Positions 28,301 to 37,920 of a stretch of 64,000 nt of DNA are shown here, one piece after another. Every line of letters begins with the position of its first letter. Positions within the stretch are counted from its first letter, which is position 1. The position numbers were made by a program, and so were the translations under genes. Origin of the DNA: Patescibacteria group bacterium (GTDB taxonomy: Bacteria; Patescibacteriota; Minisyncoccia; Phycocordibacterales; UBA9973); assembly GCA_040388575.1 (NCBI GenBank), contig JAZKBO010000001.1, forward strand, positions 6,549-70,548, read 5' to 3'. A model generated the notes under the pieces. It was given only the letters and a program-made list of their open reading frames with translations, was not told the DNA's origin and ran no database searches.

Positions 28301-29368
28301 AATAATACAAATCAGCAAATATGTGTATGGCATGGGTCTACTCTTGCCAACATTTATGATGTGCAAACACCAAACTATGGCACCACCACTTTAAATGGCT
28401 ACATTCTGTACGGCTTCAATGGCCCACTGCATGGTATCACTCCAGATGGTGAAGATGTGGACCTTACTGTTGCGCCTGGGGGGTTTGAACAGACCGGCAG
28501 GTTGTTTATGGTGAATGGTCAGCTTTGGGTGGCGTCCGGTGGTTATGAAAATCTAGGAACCGACACGGAAAAAGGATATGTGTTCCTAAGGCCTTGGGGC
28601 AGCCAGTCTGCCATAGCAGTAGCGGCAGATGTGGGCCGCGACCAATTGAGTGTGGCTGTTTCGGGTTCTAATTTTGTGATCGCGACTACCGAGGTAGTGG
28701 CAGGAACTTTAACAGTTCAAACTATACCGATAAATTCACCTCGAGGAGCTTTAGGAAATACTTGTACAACGGGGGACACCAGCGGTGACACGAGTGGGGA
28801 TGGTACTGGCACGGATGATGGTACCGGAACTGACACTTCACTTACGGGAGATGGAAGCACTTCCACCAGTGACCTTTCCTATGGCTCTCCAGCTCCAAGC
28901 ACTTCGACACCAACTCCAGCACCAGCACCGACAAAAAATCCAAGTTCAAGTACTGACTCCCAAATTTCATACAACACATATTCAGGCACAAGTCCTATCA
29001 CCAGTTCTGGCACTACTAGAATATTTGCCACTCAACCTTCCGGCGGTGGTAGTGGATCCCAATCAACCTCTTACAATAGCAACACTGGGACAAACCCAAC
29101 TTCAGGTGGAAGCACGAATGGTGACTTCGGTGGAAGTACGAGCGGAACTTCATATGATGACAGTGGCAGTAGAAGCTTCACAGTAACTCCAACGCCAAGT
29201 AACAACAGTGCACAAGAACCGCTTTACACCAACCAAGCAGGGGAAAATACTCCGAACGCGCCAGCAGCTACCGGCGGTAGTTCAAAGTGGTGGATTATTC
29301 TGGGAGTAATTTTCCTGGTGGCAATAGCAATGTTCGTGTGGTGGAGAATGCGAAATAGAAATCATTAA
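25346..29368 (+). CDS. Large surface protein of the T4SS-like cluster
   Basis: Signal peptide; INWINSGFHG.P.FV motif; Cys pairs; beta-propeller-like block; S/T/G linker; C-terminal TM plus basic tail. Confidence 0.75.
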   Translation: MNFKNPRIQKLTSALLVIAVLVPVLLFFSAPKKVEAQGSGWPQFVQLVLIGGSTGKSQVTGTASLAIQIRQQAKLVLAEVLKGIARRLLQQMTKSTINWINSGFHGAPLFVENPKSFFGDIEKYEVRNFVDQIGYDSLRFPFGKTTALNIINTFRRSPTAGLEYTLSNVINDPVYLENYRNNFNVGGWNGFLINTQYPQNNAIGFRLLATEEISKRLDINDIHTNAGQIQNTLNQGLGFLSPQTCPSNPKYNNLQNQFNQPTFKSTTPWNPPPEISDQWSPDEYPAILQHYTDTYNQTVANERADWLRSTGCPGGLVNTTPGSAVGAALNKALGGSQDQTTLAAAMGNSVSQIVDSLLNHFLQKGLNALSSTVNPPKPVDDWSYDGQSLGTDIPSNSSAWDAGPDELVVLADFKQGVVDGIKNTQEEIGLMDNRNPKNPGIIQEINLIWPQIRQLDQCIPGPDVKWGDRLQTEWERNDQKFQEKASDQNGEKAALARIASQELQYAVKSFEDWIKNKMILALPDSVNYIDAVDGALDPLNNQSNDLLNSKRVRIQSLARLQSIQANLNRFTTDPAPNSGAAQALINLYKQYKAVRPTISSSESIEDSRNELNMLKEQLVSTIDMTKQCKTERTQNGWGPIDTSGKGGARAPGSQSGPSSTPSIFGGSSAPSRSTEKGYFCDSPIVGGFSHGEATVTSGAFGFNSTNDEVLFKQRTTPPAYGNELPMVNASNVPYSWGILGDKRTNVEVNCKILFKASVLDYKGSINGLTTISDNGGGGAGSGSGGTCVDTGPATPPKIAAPTSVWNPPPQTMVPGTIHPEALVNNGWWPHLSPDGKFVAYGNFGGSWVSNLLTKKTYDLTNPPGLPAGGRCYSGFWLQDSSVISEWCEIPGGDYYNRYIWTYNTSQDTWTSTPTGENPNLVAGNYFGADKGHWFSELAGKRIVLDGKVLATTPPPGTTSDPNDVAGSAMVGTSISQDGDTIVHACNNTNQQICVWHGSTLANIYDVQTPNYGTTTLNGYILYGFNGPLHGITPDGEDVDLTVAPGGFEQTGRLFMVNGQLWVASGGYENLGTDTEKGYVFLRPWGSQSAIAVAADVGRDQLSVAVSGSNFVIATTEVVAGTLTVQTIPINSPRGALGNTCTTGDTSGDTSGDGTGTDDGTGTDTSLTGDGSTSTSDLSYGSPAPSTSTPTPAPAPTKNPSSSTDSQISYNTYSGTSPITSSGTTRIFATQPSGGGSGSQSTSYNSNTGTNPTSGGSTNGDFGGSTSGTSYDDSGSRSFTVTPTPSNNSAQEPLYTNQAGENTPNAPAATGGSSKWWIILGVIFLVAIAMFVWWRMRNRNH

Positions 29369-29369
29369 A

Positions 29370-31703
29370 ATGCGAAAATTTTTACCATTCATTTTAATAC
29401 TGGCAGTCTTGATGGGAACTTTCAGCCCAGCTATTAGTCCACGTGTCCAGGCATCCTCACAGAATCCGAACGAAAATTGTGTATATGGAGTTGGTGGAAT
29501 AATTCAAAATCGCCCTTGTCATGAAGTTAATCCTGGTACTGCACCTGTAGCTGGTAATGCTGGCGCAGATCAAAATGCAGTAGCATGTACCCCAGATGCA
29601 ACCGGAAAAATACCAGCTGGATGTAACCCAAACACAAAGAGTACTGATGTATATAGTAATATCGGCTGTGACTCCATAATGAGTGCAAGTGTGCTGGCAT
29701 GCCTGACCCGTGTAGTACAATTCTTTTTCATTACTCTGCCCAGTTTACTTACTACAATATCCGCCAGAATGTTCGACTTCCTAGCTGGGCTGACTTTGAG
29801 TAGTGAAATGTATAAATTCGACTTCATTGGAAATATTTGGGTTATTGTTAGAGACTTTTCCAATATTGCATTTATTCTGGTCCTGTTATATGCAGCCTTT
29901 CAAATGATTTTAGGTCTAGGGCACAGTGAAACAAAAAAGCTAATTGCTGGGGTTGTGGTGATGGCACTGATGGTTAACTTCAGTTTATTTTTCACCAGAG
30001 TGGTGGTGGACTCCGGTAATATTTTAGGACTTATTTTTTACAATAGAATTATAGTAGATGGAGCGCCGGAAGACCCTATCGCCGACCCAGGGGCAACTAA
30101 AGTGCAAGAAAAAAGTATCTCGAGGGCAATTGCTAATAGATTTGACATTACCAAAGTTCTAAACGCTGGAAGCTTCAAGACTGAAACAACAGCATCTGGA
30201 ACGGGTACTTTGGGTGCAGCGGGGGCGGGATGTGCTGCGGGTGCATTCCTTTTGGGTGTGGGTTGTGTAGGGGGGGCAGTTGTGGGCGGGCTATTTGGAT
30301 ATTTATTTTTAGGCTCAGAAACCTTAACTAATGAAAGCTACCTTTCCATAATGGGAATAATGGTTGCGTACGGATTGATATTGTATATGCTGGCATACTC
30401 CTTCCTAGTAGCGGCTTTTAGCTTCCTTGCCAGAATGCTGACACTGATCATGCTTATGGTCGTCTCGCCTTTTGCGTTTGTAAGTTATGCTGTGCCGGGC
30501 CTGAAGAAAATAGGCAAGGTAGGCTTTGATAGTTGGCTTTCCTCTCTTTTGTCAGCATCATTCATGGGAGCAGTGTTTATGTTCATACTTTATGTAGTTA
30601 CAACTATAATGAAGGCGGACATATTCACTCAAATATCGAAAAAAGATTTGCTTACGACTAACCCTGTAGGCTGGCTAGTGGTTGTTTTCGTCCCATCCAT
30701 CATGATTTGTATGCTCCTCCTAGCTGGAACTAAATATGCAAAAAAGGCATCGGGGGAAATTACGGGTGTGGTGATAAATGGAGCGAAAGTGTTAGCAGGA
30801 CTTGCAGTAGGCGGTGCGGCACTAGGAACTGCTGGAATACTAAGAGGTACCGTAGGTGCAGTTATGAAAAAATCTTCAACGGGAGATATTGCAGCTAATA
30901 GAATTGGTCAAAATCAGGCAAGAATTGCAGCTAATCAAGCCATCCTTAATAACGCAGCTACTCCTTGGTCTGCACGAGTTAAAGCTCGTACTGAAATAAG
31001 AAAAGCGAATGCGGATATAAGATTAGGAAATGTACAAAATGCAATAGGAATAGGCGATGCACAGCGAGCTATTGGTAGACAACTTAATGCTGACCAGCAA
31101 GGTGTAGCGCAGGCCGAACATGCTCGACGCGACCTCGACCAAATGGCAAGTAACATAACACACGGTAAAAAGAAAACATGGGAAGAATTAAATGGTGAAG
31201 AAAGAAGACAAGGTAGGAGGGATGTTGAGAGAGACAGGGAAAGAAGAGCACTGGGTTTTGGAAATGTAACTTGGGCAAACCTTAATCCTAACGTACAGGC
31301 TACGATTGATGCAGCGGTAAATCCACGCCTTGCAGCTGGCCAGACTTGGGTTGATCAACATATATTACCTGAGGCGATGAGAAAACAAGGTTCAGTGAGT
31401 AATTTTGTTCAGTCTACAGTTACTGGAAGTTATGATGTTCGTGGCCTAGCAAAAGTAATTGCAAAAGAACAAAGTACTGGCTTTGCAAAACTTACAATGG
31501 GCTTGACTGGAGCAATAGCAATGGGCATGCGGGGAGGATTTAAACAGCTTGGAGTTAATTATGGTGAGCCTCAACATGCTTTCTTGAAAGACCTAGGCCA
31601 TACAATTACTGAGGCATTAAAGAGCATGAAGGTTAATGTTGACCTTTCACACGTCGGTGAGCAGAAAAAGGAAGGGGATAAAGGTGGAGGTGGACATCAT
31701 TAA
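29370..31703 (+). CDS. VirB6/TrbL-like polytopic membrane protein
   Basis: W..VRDFSNI.F, NFSLFF.RVV.D..N, multiple TMs, SPFAF; located in the VirB4 cluster. Confidence 0.7.
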   Translation: MRKFLPFILILAVLMGTFSPAISPRVQASSQNPNENCVYGVGGIIQNRPCHEVNPGTAPVAGNAGADQNAVACTPDATGKIPAGCNPNTKSTDVYSNIGCDSIMSASVLACLTRVVQFFFITLPSLLTTISARMFDFLAGLTLSSEMYKFDFIGNIWVIVRDFSNIAFILVLLYAAFQMILGLGHSETKKLIAGVVVMALMVNFSLFFTRVVVDSGNILGLIFYNRIIVDGAPEDPIADPGATKVQEKSISRAIANRFDITKVLNAGSFKTETTASGTGTLGAAGAGCAAGAFLLGVGCVGGAVVGGLFGYLFLGSETLTNESYLSIMGIMVAYGLILYMLAYSFLVAAFSFLARMLTLIMLMVVSPFAFVSYAVPGLKKIGKVGFDSWLSSLLSASFMGAVFMFILYVVTTIMKADIFTQISKKDLLTTNPVGWLVVVFVPSIMICMLLLAGTKYAKKASGEITGVVINGAKVLAGLAVGGAALGTAGILRGTVGAVMKKSSTGDIAANRIGQNQARIAANQAILNNAATPWSARVKARTEIRKANADIRLGNVQNAIGIGDAQRAIGRQLNADQQGVAQAEHARRDLDQMASNITHGKKKTWEELNGEERRQGRRDVERDRERRALGFGNVTWANLNPNVQATIDAAVNPRLAAGQTWVDQHILPEAMRKQGSVSNFVQSTVTGSYDVRGLAKVIAKEQSTGFAKLTMGLTGAIAMGMRGGFKQLGVNYGEPQHAFLKDLGHTITEALKSMKVNVDLSHVGEQKKEGDKGGGGHH

Positions 31704-31714
31704 AAAATAAAAAT

Positions 31715-32749
31715 ATGAATCCAGAAGAATTACAAAAGAATATCGCACTATATTACTCCAAGCTCCCAAAGGAAGCGCAGGAAGTATTTGCCAAGATGGA
31801 TTGGCTGGAAAGATTAAAGTCGCTGACGGCGATGTATGGCTTAACTGGGCAGCAGCAGGAAATTCTTGGTACTGAAACTACTCTAATACTTCTTGGTATG
31901 ATTAATCAGGGGGAATACGAAGCAACTTTAACGAATGAAATGGGTTTGAAACCAGATTTGATTGATAAAATTTTAGTTGAAATAAACAACGGTATTTTAA
32001 AACCCATCGCTCCACAACTTACTGCAACTTACCAAAAAAATAATGTGGAGAATGTGCCAATAGATACAGATCGAGGAGGAATAGAAGAGAAGTTGGATGA
32101 GCGATTTAAAAAATTACCACAAAATATCCAGAATGCTATCGGCCAATCCAATTACCAAACAGCGCTCTATGATATATACAAGGAGTACAAGCTCACTATC
32201 GAGCAAGTTGGTATGCTGGAAGATACGTTAATAGAGGTAATGCTAACAAATATCTCCGCGGGAGAGTTCGAGAGAGAGATCCGTAATAAGTTGAGGTTAG
32301 ATGATGATAAAACTAAAGATTTGATAGTAGCCATTAATGAAAAAATAATAAAAAAAGTCAGGCAAAACATGGCGGCAAGTGCACCGGCACAAATACAGGA
32401 TGAAGAGATGAAGGTTTTAGATAGTGCGGGTATAAGTATAATTGAACCGTGGAAAAAGGAAGCTCCCGCCCCCAGTGCACCGATGGAGGTAAAGCCAGCT
32501 CAAGTGGTTAAAGAAGTAAAGGAGATTAAGCCCAACCTCTCAATCCCAGAGCTACCAGTTGGAGATGTTCCAGCTCCAACACCTGCCGCTATGACTGCGC
32601 CAGCACCTTCAATATTGAAGCAAAAGTTTTCAGACACTTTCCAAATTCCAACAGTTACCACCCAACATGGGGAAAGTGAACCCGTAATCCCAGATCGGAA
32701 TTCGTACCCGAAAGGGACAGATCCATATCGAATTTCACCTGAAGAATAA
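31715..32749 (+). CDS. Hypothetical protein with internal tandem domain duplication
   Basis: Two similar ~90-aa units starting LPKEAQ and LPQNIQ; C-terminal DPYR motif. Confidence 0.7.
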   Translation: MNPEELQKNIALYYSKLPKEAQEVFAKMDWLERLKSLTAMYGLTGQQQEILGTETTLILLGMINQGEYEATLTNEMGLKPDLIDKILVEINNGILKPIAPQLTATYQKNNVENVPIDTDRGGIEEKLDERFKKLPQNIQNAIGQSNYQTALYDIYKEYKLTIEQVGMLEDTLIEVMLTNISAGEFEREIRNKLRLDDDKTKDLIVAINEKIIKKVRQNMAASAPAQIQDEEMKVLDSAGISIIEPWKKEAPAPSAPMEVKPAQVVKEVKEIKPNLSIPELPVGDVPAPTPAAMTAPAPSILKQKFSDTFQIPTVTTQHGESEPVIPDRNSYPKGTDPYRISPEE

Positions 32750-32750
32750 T

Positions 32751-33224
32751 ATGCAATTCAAAGTACCACAATTTTTAGAAATAGAAGACAAGATATTTGG
32801 TCCTTTTACCTTCAGGCAATTTATTTACCTTATCGGTGGGGCAGGGGTATGCTTCGTCCTATATAGACTACTAGGATTCTGGTGGGGGGTTCTGCCTATT
32901 ATACTTTTGGCTGCTTTTTCTTTAGCACTAAGCTTCTACAAACCAAACAATAAACCATTTATCTTCATGGTTGAAGCTGCTTTCCATTATACATTACAAA
33001 GTAAATTGTATATCTGGAAAAAACCAGAGAATAGAGAGCGGAATAAAAAGGAAGAGGGAAGGGCAGCAGATAAAGCGGACAAAGCGCAGCAGGATTTTTA
33101 CGCAGCCATGGGTGGTGGTAAATTAAGTGGTAGTAAATTGCGGGATCTGGCGTGGAGTTTAGACGTGCTGGATTTAAATAAGCAGTCGAGTAATACCGGA
33201 GGGGAACCGATAATGAGGAAATAA
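32751..33224 (+). CDS. PrgI-family protein
   Basis: MQFKVPQF.E.EDKIFGP.T.RQF, two TMs. Confidence 0.85.
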   Translation: MQFKVPQFLEIEDKIFGPFTFRQFIYLIGGAGVCFVLYRLLGFWWGVLPIILLAAFSLALSFYKPNNKPFIFMVEAAFHYTLQSKLYIWKKPENRERNKKEEGRAADKADKAQQDFYAAMGGGKLSGSKLRDLAWSLDVLDLNKQSSNTGGEPIMRK

Positions 33225-33238
33225 TATATAATAAAATT

Positions 33239-33889
33239 ATGGCACTAAACGCAAAAGCAACTCAAGAGTTCATGCCCATCAAGGAAGTCCGTGATGGTAT
33301 TGTAGTACTCAAAGATGGTGACCTACGCGCAGTGGTGCTAGCCAACTCCATCAACCTTTCTTTAAAATCCGCTGATGAGCAGCGCGCAACCATTCTACAG
33401 TTTCAAAACTTCCTAAATACTTTAGATTTCTCTATTCAGATATCAGCAGAGTCTAGGCGCCTGGACATACGGCCATATCTTTTCATATTAGAGAACAGAA
33501 TGAAGGTACAAAATGAGCCATTAATTAAACTCCAAACCCGAGAATATATTGAATTTATAAGGAATTTTACGGATTCGGTTAGTATAATGACTAAAAGCTT
33601 TTTCGTAGTAGTCCCGTACGGCAACATTGGGTTGAAGCCAGCCACAGGGTTGTTCAGCCGCTTATTCGGCGGTAGAAATAAAGCACAGACCCAAGTAGCC
33701 GAGCAGGTGGACTTCGAAGAAAAGAGGTCCCAGTTGGAGCAGCGAGTAAGTGTTATTCAACAAGGACTCTCCCGTTGCGGGATTAATTCCGCTCAGTTAG
33801 GAACGGAAGAAGTGGTGGAGGTATTTTATAAAGTTTTCAACCCAGGAGAGTTAGAAGGTAAAATTAATTTGGACCAAAACGTGCAGTAA
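33239..33889 (+). CDS. VirB4-associated (TraC N-terminal-like) protein
   Basis: Between prgI and virB4; INL.LKS.DEQ...FLNTLDF.IQI. Confidence 0.7.
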   Translation: MALNAKATQEFMPIKEVRDGIVVLKDGDLRAVVLANSINLSLKSADEQRATILQFQNFLNTLDFSIQISAESRRLDIRPYLFILENRMKVQNEPLIKLQTREYIEFIRNFTDSVSIMTKSFFVVVPYGNIGLKPATGLFSRLFGGRNKAQTQVAEQVDFEEKRSQLEQRVSVIQQGLSRCGINSAQLGTEEVVEVFYKVFNPGELEGKINLDQNVQ

Positions 33890-33897
33890 ATAAATTT

Positions 33898-35814
33898 ATG
33901 TCTATATTTGATACATTATTAGGAAGAAGTGGGGGGAGTAAGACTGGAAAAGATTCCGAGTCTAGAGCGTCGGTGCTAGCAGTCATGCCGGAGAAGATTT
34001 ACCAAGATGCAAACTTGGAGCTTCAAGACGTCATCGCTCCATCGGCACTTAAAGTAGAGCCGAAATCCCTGAACTTGGGAGATAAAATTGCTCGCACCTT
34101 CTTTATCATATCGTATCCTAGGTATTTAACAGACAACTGGTTCTCGCCGATAATAAATTTGGATAAAATTTTTGATATTTCGATTTTTATTCACCCGATT
34201 GATACCTCACTTATCTTACGCCAGTTCCAAAAGAAAGTGGCCGAGGTAGAGAGTCAAATAAATGTACGGGAAGCCCGTGGAATGGTCCGCGACCCAATGC
34301 TTGATACCGCTTATCAGGACCTAGAAGGGCTGCGGGACAGCTTGATCCAGGCCCAAGAGAAGATGTTTGACGTTGGAATTTATATCACTATCTATGCGGA
34401 CAACGAACTCGAGCTCTTTAAGGTGGAGAATGAAATTAAATCCATGTTCGAATCCAAACTTATATACATTAAACCAGCACTATTCCAACAAGAGGAGGGT
34501 TTCAAAAGTGTAATACCACTCAATACGGACTTGTTAGGCATTCACCAAAAGCTAAACTCCGAGCCACTATCTTCGGTATTCCCATTTGTTTCCTTTGACC
34601 TAACGTCCGACAAAGGCATACTCTATGGAGTAAATAGGCATAACTCCAGCTTAGTTATTTTCGACAGATTTTCATTAGAAAACTATAATTCCGTAACTTT
34701 TGCTAAAGCTGGCTCTGGTAAATCCTACGCCACCAAGCTTGAAATCCTCCGCTCACTTATGTTCGATATTGATGTCATTGTTATCGACCCAGAGAGGGAA
34801 TATGAGTACTTAGCTGAAGCCGTGGGTGGCAGATATTTTAATATCTCACTTTCCTCCGACCACCACATCAACCCTTTTGACTTACCAATTCCACGTGAAG
34901 ATGAAACTGCGGAGGATGTGTTGCGCTCTAATATAATTAATCTAGTTGGCCTCTTCCGCTTAATGCTGGGGGGCCTAACTCCAGAAGAGGATTCAATGGT
35001 GGACCGGGCAATTTCAGAGACCTATGCAATAAAAGACATCACTCCAGAGTCTGACTTTGCTAATATTGAGCCGCCGCTTCTGGCAGACTTTGAAATGGTG
35101 CTCTCGGGTATGGACGGTAGCGACTCTGTAGTTCAGCGCTTAGCTAAATATACTCGTGGTTCCTGGGCAACCTTCCTAAATCGCCCCAGTAATGTGGATA
35201 TAAATAAAAAGTTCGTGGTTTTTTCTATCCGCGACATGGAGGATGAACTTAAGCCGGTAGCTATGTATATAGTCATGCACTATATATGGAATGCTATCCG
35301 CCGGAATTTGAAAAAGCGCCTCCTGGTAGTAGATGAGGCTTGGTGGATGATGAAGTCTGAAGATACCGCTTCCTTCCTTTATTCTATTGCAAAGCGCGGG
35401 CGCAAATATTATCTAGGCCTTGCGACTATCACCCAAGACGCAGCTGACTTTATGAACTCGCCTTACGGTGTGCCTATTGTCACCAACTCTTCTATCCAAT
35501 TACTCTTGAAACAGTCACCAGCGACAATTGATATATTGCAGAAAACTTTCAACCTCACCGATGAAGAAAAGTATTTACTTTTGGAATCCGGAATTGGAGA
35601 GGGGATATTCTTTGCCGGATTGAAGCACGTGGCCATAAAAATCGTGGCTTCTTATACAGAAGATCAGATAATTACCTCAGACCCTTCACAAATTTTATCC
35701 AATAGAAAAGCCAAAATAGAGCTCGAAGAGGGCAAGGTTGAGGATGAAAATCCTTGGAAGAGAATTGGCCTACCGAAAGAAGGTGAGGTCAAGGCTGAAG
35801 TGAAAAAGCCGTAA
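33898..35814 (+). CDS. VirB4-like conjugation/secretion ATPase
   Basis: Walker A AKAGSGKS, IDPERE, Walker B VVDEAW, KRGRKY...ITQ. Confidence 0.9.
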   Translation: MSIFDTLLGRSGGSKTGKDSESRASVLAVMPEKIYQDANLELQDVIAPSALKVEPKSLNLGDKIARTFFIISYPRYLTDNWFSPIINLDKIFDISIFIHPIDTSLILRQFQKKVAEVESQINVREARGMVRDPMLDTAYQDLEGLRDSLIQAQEKMFDVGIYITIYADNELELFKVENEIKSMFESKLIYIKPALFQQEEGFKSVIPLNTDLLGIHQKLNSEPLSSVFPFVSFDLTSDKGILYGVNRHNSSLVIFDRFSLENYNSVTFAKAGSGKSYATKLEILRSLMFDIDVIVIDPEREYEYLAEAVGGRYFNISLSSDHHINPFDLPIPREDETAEDVLRSNIINLVGLFRLMLGGLTPEEDSMVDRAISETYAIKDITPESDFANIEPPLLADFEMVLSGMDGSDSVVQRLAKYTRGSWATFLNRPSNVDINKKFVVFSIRDMEDELKPVAMYIVMHYIWNAIRRNLKKRLLVVDEAWWMMKSEDTASFLYSIAKRGRKYYLGLATITQDAADFMNSPYGVPIVTNSSIQLLLKQSPATIDILQKTFNLTDEEKYLLLESGIGEGIFFAGLKHVAIKIVASYTEDQIITSDPSQILSNRKAKIELEEGKVEDENPWKRIGLPKEGEVKAEVKKP

Positions 35815-35839
35815 AGTTTTACGTGATATAATTAAACCA

Positions 35840-36805
35840 ATGCGTTTCAAAATTAAAATACTAAATTTATTACTGGTGAGTTTAATACTTTTTGTATCTT
35901 CTGTTTCGTATGCAGCTTCACCATCCTCTATTGGAGTGACGGTAACCCCTGAAAATCCTGCTCCAAATGAGAATGTTACTATTTCAGTAAACAGTTATTT
36001 AAATAACTTAGACAGTGTCTCCATAACCTGGATGCTCAACGGCGCCACAGTATTATCCGGAGTCGGTAAAAAAAGCTATTCCTTTAATGCCCCAGCCGCA
36101 GGCTCCCAAAGCACAGTAAGGGTTAGGGTAGCATTACCGGAAGGGCCAGTGGAGACCAGTGTACTGATCAAACCCAATAATATGATCCTCCTGTGGGAGG
36201 CCACGGATTCATATGTGCCACCTTTTTATAAAGGTAAGGCCCTGGCGACGACCGATAGTGAGATAAAAATAGTAGCTATGCCTGAGGTAAAAGGCATCAG
36301 CCCAAAAAATATGGTTTATGCCTGGAAAAAGGACTATACCCCAGACCAGGAAGCCTCTGGGTATAGTAAAAATTACTATATCTACACCAACGACTACTTA
36401 GAAAACGCAAATAATATCTCCGTCGTGGCTTCCACCACAGACGGTGCATCATCGGAGTCTGACATTAGCGTAGGTGCAGTAAATCCTAGAATTGTTTTCT
36501 ATAAACAAGATAATAATTTAGGCATTGCTTGGGAAAATGCGCTAGGGGACGGCCACCGGATAGAAGGTGAGGAGATATTGGTGGCAATTCCTTACTTTAT
36601 TTCACCAAAAACTTTATCACACCCCAGTTTAGTATGGAATTGGTCCATTAATAATAGCGCGGTAGACGTGCAGGGATTTAAGAAAAACTTTTTCCCAATT
36701 AAAATAGATCCAGGAACTTCCGGTACTTCAAATATCGGCCTACAAATTGAAAATAAGGATCGACTTTTCCAAAATGTAAGTAGTCAAATAAGTGTCCAAT
36801 TTTAA
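35840..36805 (+). CDS. Secreted Ig-like/beta-rich protein
   Basis: Signal peptide; WEA.DSYVPPFYKGKAL motif. Confidence 0.7.
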   Translation: MRFKIKILNLLLVSLILFVSSVSYAASPSSIGVTVTPENPAPNENVTISVNSYLNNLDSVSITWMLNGATVLSGVGKKSYSFNAPAAGSQSTVRVRVALPEGPVETSVLIKPNNMILLWEATDSYVPPFYKGKALATTDSEIKIVAMPEVKGISPKNMVYAWKKDYTPDQEASGYSKNYYIYTNDYLENANNISVVASTTDGASSESDISVGAVNPRIVFYKQDNNLGIAWENALGDGHRIEGEEILVAIPYFISPKTLSHPSLVWNWSINNSAVDVQGFKKNFFPIKIDPGTSGTSNIGLQIENKDRLFQNVSSQISVQF

Positions 36806-36806
36806 A

Positions 36807-37916
36807 ATGAAATTATTTAAATATTTTTTAATAATAATTGCTTTTCTGGGATTATTTGGTCAGGGAATTACATTATATGCCCAAACACCAAGTCCAAATG
36901 ACAGAGGAACATGTGTAACTCCGTCAACGAATATATTTGGTAAGCCTTCTACAATAACTACACTTACAACTAGGGGTAATTGTAGTGGTCCAAATCAAAG
37001 ATTTTCTCCTAATTCAGCCGGAGTTCAAGGTGCAGAGGCCGTAACAACACAGGTACAAACACAAGCAGAAGCGCAAGCGCAAAATCCACCTTCTACTCCG
37101 GTTTATACAACCGATAATTATACACTTCTAGCACCGCTGCCGTGTGGTAAAAATACGCCTGCGACAGGATGTGAAGGTGGTCTACAAAAAAATATTGACC
37201 CAACAAAAGGCCTGGGTGCATATTTGAATATAATGATTAAGATTTTTATTGGCCTGTGCGCTGTAATGGCGGTGGTTATGATCGTTATGGGTGGCATTGA
37301 ATACATGACCAGCGAACTTATTTCGAGCAAGGAAGCTGGAAGGGACAGAATTACGAATGCGGTCCTTGGTCTTATCTTAGCTCTTGGTTCTTATGCTCTC
37401 CTTTATACAATAAATCCGGATTTACTAAATACGGATGTAAATGTAGCAGATGTACACATTGCGTTTCAAGAAGATGTACCCCAAGCACCCATAAATGGAA
37501 CATTCCCTGATGGAAGTGTCTATAATACTCCTTGGAATGATACCACTGGCCCCCTAACTCCTATGGTTCCACATATTACATCTAAGCAGCCAGAATGTAC
37601 TTTTATCGGGCAATCAAACTGTACGTCAACCAGGGTACTTAACCTTAGTAGTGCAATAAATGTACAAAGAGGTTGCAATTGCGACATAGTCATTACTGGG
37701 GGAACCGAAACTTGGCTACACGGCGGAGCAACCGGCCACACCTCCCACCGACTCCAGTCTTCAACTATTGACCTTAGAAGGCTTCCTCAAACAGCGGAAA
37801 CAATTAAATTAGATAACTATCTTTCGGGTGGAAAACCGCTTGTTATGGATACCTGGTACCCATCATCAACCACCCAATATTTTTATTTTGAAGGAGATCA
37901 TTGGCACGTAAAATAA
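36807..37916 (+). CDS. Pilin-like (VirB2/TrbC-type) protein fused to a putative M15-type metallopeptidase domain
   Basis: Two-TM pilin motif GGIEYMTS...RITNAVLGL...INPDL; C-terminal ITGG..H..SH..IDL...EGDHWHV. Confidence 0.65.
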   Translation: MKLFKYFLIIIAFLGLFGQGITLYAQTPSPNDRGTCVTPSTNIFGKPSTITTLTTRGNCSGPNQRFSPNSAGVQGAEAVTTQVQTQAEAQAQNPPSTPVYTTDNYTLLAPLPCGKNTPATGCEGGLQKNIDPTKGLGAYLNIMIKIFIGLCAVMAVVMIVMGGIEYMTSELISSKEAGRDRITNAVLGLILALGSYALLYTINPDLLNTDVNVADVHIAFQEDVPQAPINGTFPDGSVYNTPWNDTTGPLTPMVPHITSKQPECTFIGQSNCTSTRVLNLSSAINVQRGCNCDIVITGGTETWLHGGATGHTSHRLQSSTIDLRRLPQTAETIKLDNYLSGGKPLVMDTWYPSSTTQYFYFEGDHWHVK

Positions 37917-37920
37917 TTTT

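Noticed and set aside
28770-28935. Short repeats (GDTSGDTSGD, PAPAP; also ~38070-38110 and 56270-56345)
   Set aside because: Ordinary low-complexity protein linkers.
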